A stretch of DNA of 57,683 nt, filler included, from Sphacelaria rigidula (Eukaryota): the NCBI GenBank assembly GCA_964200075.2. It is 7 parts of 7 records of this genome, joined end to end, with 100 filler letters (N's around TTAATTAATTAA, not from the genome) between each part and the next. Parts side by side here need not be neighbours in the genome. Positions count along the whole stretch, not along the records: positions 33,023 to 41,176 come from CAXNAA020012104.1; positions 41,277 to 49,430 come from CAXNAA020012105.1; positions 49,531 to 57,683 come from CAXNAA020012106.1; 4 more parts are not named here. One strand, given 5' to 3'. The position numbers and the translations under genes were made by a program. Shown here piece by piece: positions 39,029-50,190 of this stretch; the first letter of the stretch is position 1, and every line of letters starts with the position of its first letter. The notes beneath the pieces were generated by a model. That model did no database searches, was not told where the DNA came from, and was given only the letters and a program-made list of their open reading frames with translations.

Positions 39029-41372
39029 CTATCCTGGAAAAAAGTGAAATGGGAAAACAAAAAAAACGCAAAACGGCCATCACGCGACCGTCAGAGAAAG
39101 GTCGAGAGGTTCACGAGGAACCGTGCGCCATCAGGTTTTCCGGTTGATTCTGGTAGAAGAATACTACAGCAACCGCCTCTGTCCCTCTCAGACCGCCGTG
39201 GTGACAGCCGCTGTAGCACTGTGTGAAAGGGAACATTGTCTCCTGCCCGAACAGGTCCGCAGTGTGGTCCTTGGCACGAGACACTCCTTTCTTCAGCTAC
39301 GCGGTACAGCCGGGTCTTGCTCGACATGGCGTGTAAAACCCAAGGGCATCTGCTTTCAACACGTGGCGAACCTTGACTGCTGGATCTTTCCGATGTTGCT
39401 GTCAGCCTCGACCAACAAGTGGTCGACTTAAACGACGAGACTGGCTAGATCTGCCGCTGCCTCCGCGCGGATTTCATACCGTTCCCCTCTAGAAATGTCA
39501 ATAGGGAGTGACCTAATTTTCGGAATCACCGCAGCATCGTCCATAATCATCCTTTCAAGTCACGTAGCGCACAAAACGCCTTTGGTCGCCGAAACTACCG
39601 CATCAACACCTACCTGCGGCTTCAAGCCGCACATACGTGCAGTTTCAGCATCATCAGACGCCGGATGTGCTGTGTTCGGGCGCCTTATCTCCAAAGTACC
39701 GCCTCCATGTTATTGAAAAGGAACAACACTACACATCAACTTATCTGCAGGGGATCACAAAACAGAACAAACGGAGTAACCTGGGAACGAACATACGCAG
39801 GATATTTTTGCTCTTCCTTCTTTTCCTCAGAGCATGTTTCAGTTTCGTTTTTGTTGGGTACGTCTATCATGAGACCACGGCTGGACACCTGGGGGGTCAG
39901 TTGAAGTGCGACAATCAATCAATCAATTTTGCAGGAAATGAAAACCTTTGCAATTTCGGGCAGCTCTTTGGAAATTTTCGGCATACCTAGCTGCAGCGCC
40001 TGTTACGCGGCACATTGTGTTTCCGTTCGGCCAGACAACGTTGCGCCTGGGGCAGACTACAATACGGTGCGGACAGACGTTGAAAAAAAATGACGTCACG
40101 TTTGATAAAAAAAGACATTCCAGTTCGGGCAACTGCCGGTCGTGATGTTCATTTTCCTCTGCATCAAAGCACGGCGTTATCGTTCGGGTGAATATCGATA
40201 CATATCTTGGCTGTGTTCGGGGACGAAACACAGTAACGGTTCGGCGGATATCGGCACATGAATATTTCCTTTCGCGGGATCATAACAACCATAGTAGGAT
40301 CCGGATCAACTTGAAGGAAGTGTCGGTCGGTAACGTACCGCGATAGCAATCCATTTATCCTTCATCGCCCGGAGCTCCGTCAACACGAACCTGCGCGAAG
40401 GCTTGCTGTGAATGTTTCGGCAGAATGATCGATTACACTAGTTTCTATAGACTTGAGTTCAGACCCCTCTTTCATCCGGGCTTGGATCTGCACAGCCAGC
40501 TGCACACATTGCGGTCACTAGACAGAGCGGCATGACTCTCCCTCCACCCCTCCCTTCCCCTGTAATCTTTCGGTGCTCCAGATAGTAGCGAGAAAGCAAT
40601 CGCTTACAAGGAGATAGACATGTAAAAAGGAAGGGGATAGACATCTAAAACGAACCTATCATAAAGACGTTATCGTGTAATGTTTGGGGAAAACGTTATG
40701 AGCGCCGAAATACCGCAGGTGTCTCTGTTAGGAGTAGGAACGGTGCTCCGTCTCGAAAGGGACGCGTGGTCAATGGTCAAATGACTAAGGCAAGCAACAA
40801 ATGAGTACACCCCCCGCCCTCGTCTGTCCCGTCGGTACACATTATCGGGGTCCAGGTAGTTCCACGTTTTTACATGGATCACGAGAACTTAAGAGGTATT
40901 CATGCACGCAAATGATCCAACAAAATTCATTTTTTCCCTCTTCTGCTTTTCTTTTCCTTCTGTTTTGTTCTGTTTCTCGTCTCTCGTTCTTGTTCAGTTT
41001 ACTCCGTGGGTTCCACCGTTTTTTTATTTTTTTCCTATTTCGAGTTCCCTTTAACCCTTTTGGACCGACCCCCTACTAACACAGGGTTGACCCTGTGTTA
41101 GGGAAATAATAAAAAATAAGTCTTGGAGCGACCTGCCCAATCACGGCGAGGCGAAATTTATCGACCGGACCCGAACNNNNNNNNNNNNNNNNNNNNNNNN
41201 NNNNNNNNNNNNNNNNNNNNTTAATTAATTAANNNNNNNNNNNNNNNNNNNNNNNNNNNNNNNNNNNNNNNNNNNNGGGTTGATACATGAATAACTGAAG
41301 CTGCTGAAGTCCATGTGCCCGTGATGGGAGGAGTCCACATGGCAATCTGATCTTGGATGATGGAGGTCTATA

Positions 41373-43660
41373 GGGCGTGTGCGGCCATGGCGGCGTCGAA
41401 GAAGGGCGGTTATCGATTGGTGAGTGATTATCGCGCGATAAACAAGCAGATTGAGAACGTTCCCAATGTTATGCCTCACCACGAGGCGGAGATGACCGAG
41501 CTGCTAGGCGCTGAGTGGTTTGGCAAGATTAATATGCTGCAGGGTTTGCTGGCAGATTCCGTTGGCGGCTGATGCACAAGAAATGTTCACGATCGCGACT
41601 CCCGAAGGTCCGTTTACCCCCACACGGGTGTCGCAAGGGGTTTTGAATGTGACGGGGTGCTTTCAAGGCATCATGACAGGATTATTGACCGGACTTTAGC
41701 GCAAAGTATGGGTGGATGATATCTTGTGGTGGGGTAAAGATGAGGATGATCTGTTGTGTACACTGGATGAGATTTTGGGCCGTTTGGAGGATGCTGACCT
41801 TTTTGCGGCTGCGCACGAGTGCATGTACTACGACACACAGATGGTTCGATAAATATTTTTCAGGTGGCCAAGTGACCGCGCACAGCAGGCGAGCTTATGC
41901 AGTTCCTGCTGGCGATAAACTGGATGAGAACGTCCCTGCCGCGTTTGGCGGATGTGGTGGAGCCGCTGCGGGTATTACTGGAGGAATACACGCAGAGGAA
42001 AGTGTGTGCCGTACCAAGCGAGTGGCATCGAACTGGACAACCGAGGAGTCGGCATGGACGTTCAGGCGTGCTCAGGCGTGGCACGAGGCGCAAGATTGTG
42101 TGGCGCATGCTGTCGCTTTATCATATCCCAAGCAGGGGTATGAGGTTCTCATGTTTCCAGACGCATCGGATCTACACTCGGGAAGTTTTCTTAGGCAGGT
42201 GCCGGAGGATGAGCTGGGTGGTACATTGGCGATGGAAGACATGAGCCATGAGCTGATGGGGTTTCTTAGCGGAACTTTTCGTCAAGCGCAGGTTCGGTGG
42301 GCTACGGTGGACAAGGAAGGCTATGCAATCGTAAGTACTTTCCGTAGGTTGGAGTATCTTCTCTGGGGTGGGGTACAAATCTTCACCGATCATCGTAACC
42401 TAGCATACATTTTTAACCCCGAGGCGTGCGTTGCATCTGTGTCTAAGATTGCTGCCCAGAGGCTCGAGCAATGGAAGACTGTGCTCTGGCAGTACGATTA
42501 CTCCATCAGGCACAATGCTGGTGAGCGCAACTGCTGGGGAGATCTATCGTCAAGGTGGGTAAACGTTCCGGTGGTGTCTGTGCGTGCTGCGGCCGTGTTT
42601 GCGAGCGGTCAGCCTGATGAAACGCTGCCGTCAAAGAACGCTATTCGTGAGGCCCAAGAGCAGGCCCAAACCGGGTTTGGAGTGATGGTTCCTGGATCCC
42701 CTAGTTTCGAAAGACGGTGAGCAACGGTTGGGCGAGTTTCGAAAGACGGTGAGGGTTTATTTCGCGTGCATGTAGCAGGGCTGAATGTGTTGTGGATCCT
42801 GCCGCAAGCAAAAGAGCTGCAAACACGCTTGATGGTGTGTGCTCACATGAAGGAGGCGGGCCATCGGGGTGTTGTAGCGACACTGCAGCGGCTGCAAGAG
42901 TATTGCTGTTGATTTCGGATGGAAGCTCATGTGACAGACTTTGTGAGGAAACGCTCGCATTGTGTGGATTCGAAAGTGGGTGAGACGGTCCCGCGACCAC
43001 TAGGGGAAACAATGCATGGCACACGGCCCGGTGAGATGATGCATTTTGATTATCTGTACGTTGGCGAAAGTGGTCCGCTGGGCGAGAGCGGCGTGGATGA
43101 AGGCGACGGGTACAAGTATACATTTGCGATGATCGATGATCTGTGCAATTTCGCGTGGTTGGAGCCCACCGAGTCTCGTACACCTGCAGCGACGGGGCAG
43201 CATCTGCTGGCGTGGTGCAAGGCGTTGGGTCCGCCGGAGGTCTGGGTTAGTGACACCGCGTCGCATTTCAAGAACCATGTGATGCGAGGAGCACTGGAGA
43301 AAGCGCTGAAACTCGGCAGGAGGTTCGCGGTCCCCAAATCGCCGTGGTCGAATGGTACGTGTAAAAGGATGATGCGAGAGGTTGTCCGTACTTTGAAGGT
43401 CATGCTGCCAGAAGAGAGGCGCGACGTTCGTGACTGGGTGGGACTGGTGCCTGCCGTACAGTGGGCATTGAACACGGCATTCCGCGAGCGCTACGCCAGT
43501 ACGCCATACCATGTGATGTTTTGACGGGCGCCGCGCACAAGTTTTTCAATCCTGGCATCGTCGACCGGTGGCAAATGGCGACTTGATGTGCTGGATGAGG
43601 ACATGCTGCGGGAGAAGGTGGCATCAGTCGTGGAGGCGCAGCAAGCGTTGAGGAAAGCCC
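41373..43660 (+). mobile_element. Decayed Ty3/Gypsy pol (RT-RNase H-integrase)
   Basis: RT YRLVSDYRAIN, FTPTRVSQG, WVDD. RNase H FPDASD, DKEGYAIV, FTDHRNL. Integrase AH...GHRG, HFDY, VSDTASHF, SPWSNGTCKRMMRE. Domain order is RT-RH-IN; stops, frameshifts and a deletion near 41860. Confidence 0.95.
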
Positions 43661-43667
43661 ATGAAGC

Positions 43668-44103
43668 TCACTTCTGGTTAACGAAGACTGCTGTTTATAT
43701 ATCTCTGGACCCCGTGACAGGGAGGAAGGCTCTGGAGCAGCACTGTAACCTTGTTCTGATTTCAGGCAGGTTCACAGCCCCCTTTCCTTCGCGTTGCCAT
43801 CCTTTCAACAGCCTCCTGTCATTGCAGTCGCCTCGGATTCATGTGGCCTGCGCCTCTCTCTCCACCGCTTTCTCCCCCCCTGTAATTCAACGTGAGCGTC
43901 CTCATGTTCTTCAAACGGTCGGGTGCGACTTCATAAACCTGATCCAGAAACCACAAGTTTCCTGAATGAAGGTTTATTGTAAACCTGCCTGGAATCAGAA
44001 CAACTTCACAGTGCTGCTCCAGAGGCTTCCTCCCCGTCACGGGCTCTAGAAACTTCAAGGCTCAAGCACTTAACAAACAGCAGTCTTTGTTAACGAGAAG
44101 TGA
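43668..44103. repeat. Inverted pair of element termini (43668-43776 and 43978-44103) around a 201-bp spacer
   Basis: TGT.AACCTGCCTG.AATCAGAACAA..T.ACAGTGCTGCTCCAGAG.CTTCCTCCC.GTCACGGG occurs on opposite strands; a third copy is at 46708-46837. Confidence 0.9.
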
Positions 44104-45835
44104 CCCTTCTTTGCTCCCCTCACAAACACAATATACTACGCATTTGATAATCATCCTCCAAACCGTTGTCACATGATCCAAACTGATATTCATATGCTAC
44201 CGCACTCCTCATGCTAGAGGTGTTACTGTACTTCCTTTACAAGTCAACGGCAATTTCCAGTCGTGGCATACTCACACAAAGCAAACACGCCAAGGATAAT
44301 ACCATTTCAAACCATCGCATTTGATCATATCATACACTAAAAGCTTGATACCGTACTTTGCCTGCAAACAAACTTGCCCGCACCTTTTGAGTCAGTCTCA
44401 CAACTGATGCAGCTCAGAACAAATATGCGATGCTCCTTCCAGACAAATGGGCACACCACCCACATTCTAAATTTTTCAGATGCGAAACACGTTCCATGTG
44501 CTGCTCATTCAAACACATAACAAGCCATCAAAAGACGTGTCACAGTCAAGCATCAGTGTGTTCTCGCATGATTTCTTTCATCTCCAACCTCCGGAAACAC
44601 TCGCGCTAGACTTGCCCACATACAAGCCTACGCATTTCGTAGTTTCCGCTCATTTTCACGCCAGCAGCAGCTATCACCATATCCTAAAGTCAGTTTCTGC
44701 CGACCGGATCATGTGGATGATGCGTCCATTTGTTCGAAGAACTGGTGCAGGTGGACTACAAGAGTGTCGAGGGAATCATTATTTCTACATTTTGGCTGAT
44801 GCACAGATGGGATATGACGGTCCAAGATCCAAACCAGAAATAGAAGTTTCTGGGATTTGCTGGAAAACAAGAGTTTGAGAACGATAGTACCACGGGTGAT
44901 AAATGATGGCGGGGGTCGAGGTCCGTTTGCCGTCGTTGGACTAGTATGCATGGCTTGAAAAGCGGTTTGAGCCATGGCTTCCTTTTGATTGTCTTCATGA
45001 AATGAAGGCAAGTTGAAGCATTGGAGCTTTGACGGCGGGGAGGCATGCGATGCATACGTTTTTTACGGTGTTGCAGAAGCAAGAGGTCAGGTGCGTTTTA
45101 GACGTGTTGGGTGCATTATTTCCTTCTAGCGTGAGGATGATGTATCATTTGGCTATTGCACTCCGTTGCGCAGGTGTTGAACGTACTCGTATGTTGAGAA
45201 GAACCTTGTCTCGGATGAGAGCGACCATGAGTCACGAATGCTCTGGGATTTGACGTTCGCTGAAATTTTCGGTTTCGTGCCGATGAAGAGTCAAGGGACT
45301 TGTTTCGGGCAAAGATTTGAGAATTAGGCGCTAGCTATCGCTTTGTAACTCGAAGTGGTGCAAGTAGCGCGATTTCATGTTCATGATGGACGATATTTTC
45401 TTGGAATCTCTTGCGAGTTGTTTGAAAGTGGGGCAGGCTTGTATGGAGCTGTTGTCGAAAGCAGCGGAAGAGAGTGCTATTCTTTGCGGGAAACGGGGGT
45501 ACTATCAGGCACCAATGATGTCTGAGTTTGTCAAGCTCTGATGTAACTACTTGTTGGTAGTAGATAGCTTTGGGGGTGTTGTAGACTCTAGCCACCATTG
45601 TTAGATAAGGTCAGGGACTTTGTAGGTGGAGTTGCGGGTCTGATTGCCGGACTCTGTGATGGGTGACCTCCATGACGAGTACAGTCGATTTTTTTACTCT
45701 GGTGGAGAGAGGCTACGGTTCTGTTATCCTGTTCTATACTGAGGGTTGATACATGAATAACTAAAGCTGCCGTCCATGTGCCCGTGATGGGAGGAGTCCA
45801 CATGGCAATCTGATCTTGGGTGACAGAGGTCTATA
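43978..45835. mobile_element. Non-coding composite unit (LTR/LARD-like or long-TIR) with TGTAAACC...GGTCTATA ends
   Basis: The right end 45743-45835 repeats 41277-41372. 44580-44705 matches 47795-47915 directly, while 44710-45600 matches 46970-47735 inverted. No TSD. Confidence 0.6.
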
Positions 45836-46707
45836 CGCTGACCCAACCCTCCTGGTGCCCCAGCGCTCTGCACCATGTCAACGGGTGCTTCAACGTCGAC
45901 ACCGCCGTACAAGACTCCGCGGGCTCCAACAGCACGAGGTCGCCCGGGTCACCCATGCTCACCGCTATGTACTTGAACGGATCTCCTTCGTCAAGCCATT
46001 ATTTCGCCGCGGACCACTGTCGCCAACACTGACGAAATTAAAATGAAACATCTCTCCTGGGCAAGTATCGTGGACCACCTCCTTGTAGGGACGGGGAACT
46101 TGCTTCCCCGCCTTGTATGCACTCATCCAGCGAAGAAAGGACTTCTAGGGCGTTGCAATCGTCACTCTCGCCCACACTACCTGCAAACTGCAGTATACGA
46201 GCCCGAGCGCCACCAATGTTGCGATGTAGCGTGCCAACCACGCCATCCTGACCGGAAAGTATGCCCTCGGCCGCGTCTTTGCCTTCACAGCAACAGGTTT
46301 GAATTTCATATTTAGGGCTCGACGCAAGGAGACGGACAACCATGCAGCACTTCCCGGAAGACGCTCGTTGTGTTCCGTACAGGCTCACGAATCTGGCTCA
46401 CGCCGCTCTCCAGTATGACGTTATCCGCGGCTGCTTTTACCCTCTCCACCGGCGCAACGTCAAGCTGAGCAAACTCTTGTTCCGGGGGTATGCTCATCGC
46501 CGGACTTCTCGACAACAACCGCTCGACTAAGGAATCAACGGGCTCCGCCCGACCTCCTAGTTGCTGAAAAGCGTAAACCGCGATACTGACACGCCGACAG
46601 TCCGTAAAATCAGACATGTTTACACCTCGCACCGAAGTATTTCTTGCACGTGCACAATCACCTAGACTACTCTACACATCAATGCCGAGCGCCCCGGCGT
46701 AGGACTC
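45836..46707 (-). mobile_element. Second, internally deleted Ty3/Gypsy fragment of a related family
   Basis: Pre-RT/RT start (AVKAKTRPRAYFPVRMAWLARYIATLVALGLV...VVWA) jumps directly to integrase (VPRPYKEVVHDTCPGEMFHF..VGDSGP; LEPAESCTA), which is homologous to 42960-43255. Confidence 0.85.
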
Positions 46708-48480
46708 TGTAGGCTTGTCTGAAATCAGAACAAGGTCACAGTGCTGCACCCCAGGGTACCTCCCTGTCACGAGCTTCAGTGACTTGAAGACTCAAGCAGT
46801 TATACGAACAATATGTCTTCGTTAATACCAGAAGTGACCGGCGTACCTCGTATGTAAACATCATACATCACGGAGTTCACCGATCATACCCTCAGACCCG
46901 TTATCCATCAACCAGCCTTTAAACGCCTACTATGCATTTTCTCCACTGCAGTCATGTACCAACCAAGGTAGCAATGTTGCCCGGAGCCTACAGCACCCCC
47001 AAAACTCGCTTACTACCAACAAGTAGTCAACCTAGAGCTTGATCAGCTTAGACATCATTGTTGCCGAAGTCTACCGTCAACTTTCACCGAAAATGGCAAT
47101 CCCCACCTTAGTATACGATAACAGCCATAAAAGCTTGTTCAATTTCCGAACAACTCGCATGAGATCCAAAATGTCCATCATGAACACGGAATCACGCTAC
47201 TTGCATCGCTCCGAGTCACGGAGCGATAGTTGACGCCGAATTCTAAAATCTTCGCCCCAAACAAGTCTCCTGACTTCAAACCGGTAAAATCGTAGATGTT
47301 CAATGGAGTGTAATAGCCAAGCAATGTACCTGAAACTGGAATCAAATAAGTATCCAACACGTCTACGTCTAGAACGCACCTGGTCTCGTGCTTGTTTAGC
47401 TCCGTGAAAACGCCTACATCGCCCACTCAACTCATGAGCATACTGAAAAAAAAGCCATGACTCAAAGCGCTTTTCAAGTCAGGTATACCAATCCAACAAC
47501 GGCAAACGGACCTCCACCTTCCCCATCATTGATCACCCGCGATAATATCGTTCTCAAACTCGATTTACCGAATACACGCCAGAACGCACCCAGATATAAT
47601 ATCCCAACTTGGATTCAGGACCGGTGTACCCCATCGGTCGATAACCGCACTGTGAAATGCAGCTCATGTCCCAACAGACTTCCAGCTCACCTGCACCGCT
47701 CACTTAGACATATGGACATTCCATTCATATGATCCTCCCAGCGGAAGCGAAGCAATCCCTCAAAAGACGTTCCATAGCCAAAGACCACTCATGTCCAACC
47801 ACAAGAAACACTCGTGTTTTCCACATACGAGCCTACGCATTTCGTAGTCACTGCTCGTTTTGACGCCAACAGCGGCGATCACGATCTCCTACAGTCAGTA
47901 CCCACAAACCGCACAAAGAGAATTCCGGCGCGTGTCTGTGTGAGCAGGAATATACGAGGTTCACCTCATCCAGCATACAACAGTATATTGAGAATTTGCT
48001 CACCCTGACTCTTCGCCAGTTACCATGCGCACTAGTATTATACTGTAGCGAACATTCCACACATGCATGCCAGCATTTCATTCAGCACATGCAATGCAAC
48101 CTTTCTCGCAGCAAACACCATGCACCATCCGTGCCAACCAGATCAACAAAACACATACATCCCAAACATCCACGTGTACGCCAGAATTTCACCCTGCACA
48201 CGCGATACGATCATACTCGCTCAACAACCATGTTTCATGCGCAATCATGACCACAAACCTCATAATAACAAGATGCAATCATTCTCAAAACGATTCGCGA
48301 ATATCAGTCATAATGTGTTTCCTCATTCTCAACAAGCACCCAATCACCTCAGCACTTGCTCCTCAACATCAGCACCCAACGCGGCGCTCACCACAGCAGC
48401 AAGAACCTCAGGTAACGCCTTCTTTGTAGTCCTCCAACCCGCTCCTGAAATCAGCAACACTCGAACGACGACCCCGTGCA
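46708..48480 (+). mobile_element. Further copy of the non-coding TGT-terminus unit
   Basis: Starts TGTAGGCTTGTCTGAAATCAGAACAAGG and shares internal blocks with 44580-45600. A/C-rich; far end uncertain. Confidence 0.55.
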
Positions 48481-49215
48481 CAGCGTAGAGCATCGTTCCA
48501 CTCGAACACTCGCTCCTCGCGCCATGAGTCTAGCTACAGCTCGCACCCTTGTGGAGCCGCTCAGCTCGCCACTAAACGATATATCCGCAACGCCGTTCAA
48601 ATGCGAGAAGCCATCTGCCTCCACATATGCTTGGGCAATACTGAACTCCTGTGCATCAGTCAGTTCTACAGAGGAAACGAGAGGTAAAACGGGAACGAGC
48701 TACACAGTCCCGAACGGCAACACCTTCTCATGACACACTATCCTCCTTAAACACGCCACGGCGCAACAACGGAGAAACCTCTGCCATCGCCGCCAGATAC
48801 GCCAAAGCTGTCCATGTGAACAGCTATACGGACGACCACTGCAACATCCGCCAACCCGGCATCCACTTTTCCTGCAAGCAGACACCCTTGCGGACCGTCT
48901 GAACGATTTCCAGCCCAGTGTTACGCCGGGGATTTTTTTGTTTTTTAAAGCGAAATAGACGCCTCCGCGAGAAACGGTGGATGATGGCAAATGTCCTGAT
49001 TTTGCGCCGAGTTTCCGCACACCTTGTGCGTGCAGCTGCGGACCTGAAAGCATCGCCCAAGTGGAAGGAGTGGGCTCGAAGACGATCGAGGTGTGTTTAT
49101 ATACTGACAAGCAGTTCCTCTCGCAAGTTGCACTGATAATGGTGCTGTCTGGTTGGAGCTTTTGCAGAATCCGTGCAGTCTAGGGCGAACACCACCCCCC
49201 CCCGTCGAACCTCAC

Positions 49216-49424
49216 CTCTGATGACATAGCAGAGCACGGCGTTCGCACGACGCCACCGACAGATACTAGGAGTATGTTTTCACCATCTAGAGAGTTCAAT
49301 CTTTCCATAGGAAGAAATTGTGTTGAAATCCATCCATGCCGTGGATGAAACGACGTGACTGAAGTTTGAAAAACTTCAAACCTTCTTTCCGCATCAGTAC
49401 ACGGACCATCTGGACTCCTTTGTA
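49216..49424 (-). CDS. Candidate exon of unknown protein at contig edge
   Basis: tgcAG, then 209 nt with one open frame (QRSPDGPCTDAERRFEVFQTSVTSFHPRHGWISTQFLPMERLNSLDGENILLV...), then donor GAG|GTGAG. Confidence 0.4.
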
Positions 49425-49902
49425 CTGCACNNNNNNNNNNNNNNNNNNNNNNNNNNNNNNNNNNNNNNNNNNNNTTAATTAATTAANNNNNNNNNNNNNN
49501 NNNNNNNNNNNNNNNNNNNNNNNNNNNNNNTTTCGCGCGTGAGGGTTCGTGAAATAGCCGATCCTTGCTCACGGTGTCATCGAGCTCACGTTCGGGAAGG
49601 GTTGTGGGATCACCACCGTCGTTTCATAAAGACAGTGTACAGCTGCTTTAGTTGCTCTGACAGTTGCGCAAAAGACAATTATTAGTTGACTCAACCGAAC
49701 TCGCTCAAACGGGCTTTTGTCCCGCGGTGCTACGCGTAGCAGGGCGTACGACAGCTAGAAGTGTCACCCATGATTGAATGATTGATTGATTGATTGATTG
49801 TCGCACTTCAACTGACCCCCCAGGGATCCAGCCGTGGTCGCATGATGGACGTACCCAAGAAATGATACTGCTGAAGTTTAGGCCTTTTCTTCTTCCTGTC
49901 AG

Positions 49903-50190
49903 GTGCAAGGGTGCCCCAGAAAAGTTAGGTTTGACTCTTGAAGTTGTCGCGGATAGGTGTGCAGGATGTTGGAGGAAAACAAGGTCGAGTTTACTTTAGC
50001 CCCGCGTGAAGTACGTACTCCATCGCCCAAGGAATGTTCGTGCCTTGAAGGGGAGGGGATTGAATCATGCACGGCATATTCACTTTTCATGTAAAGCTCC
50101 CCCGTTCCCGTGCAGGGGGCAAATGCCTGTTTCGAAACCGATTACTGTATATGAACATCTATGCGGCGACTTCCATGCGTATGTTCTCGC
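49903..50190 (+). pseudogene. Possible XPG-I/Exo1-like nuclease pseudo-exons
   Basis: After a strong acceptor (ttcttcctgtcAG), LTLEVVADR/CRMLEENKVEFTLAPRE|GT is followed by GQM after the next acceptor. This resembles the family motif L....VEFIVAPYEADAQ but requires frameshifts. Confidence 0.4.

Noticed and set aside
39615..39665. Minimal hammerhead-like CTGATGA-TGCT-GAAAC on the minus strand with a following hairpin
   Set aside because: No helix II, the U of the NUH site is missing and helix I does not pair. CTGATGA at 4674, 19991 and 36192 also lack the fold.
43668..46837. CRISPR array
   Set aside because: Repeats are >100 bp, in mixed orientation, with irregular kb-scale spacing, no cas genes and a eukaryotic context.
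8157..49530. Regularly spaced TTAATTAATTAA palindromes as a biological array
   Set aside because: Always centred in N44/N44 padding; an artificial linker.
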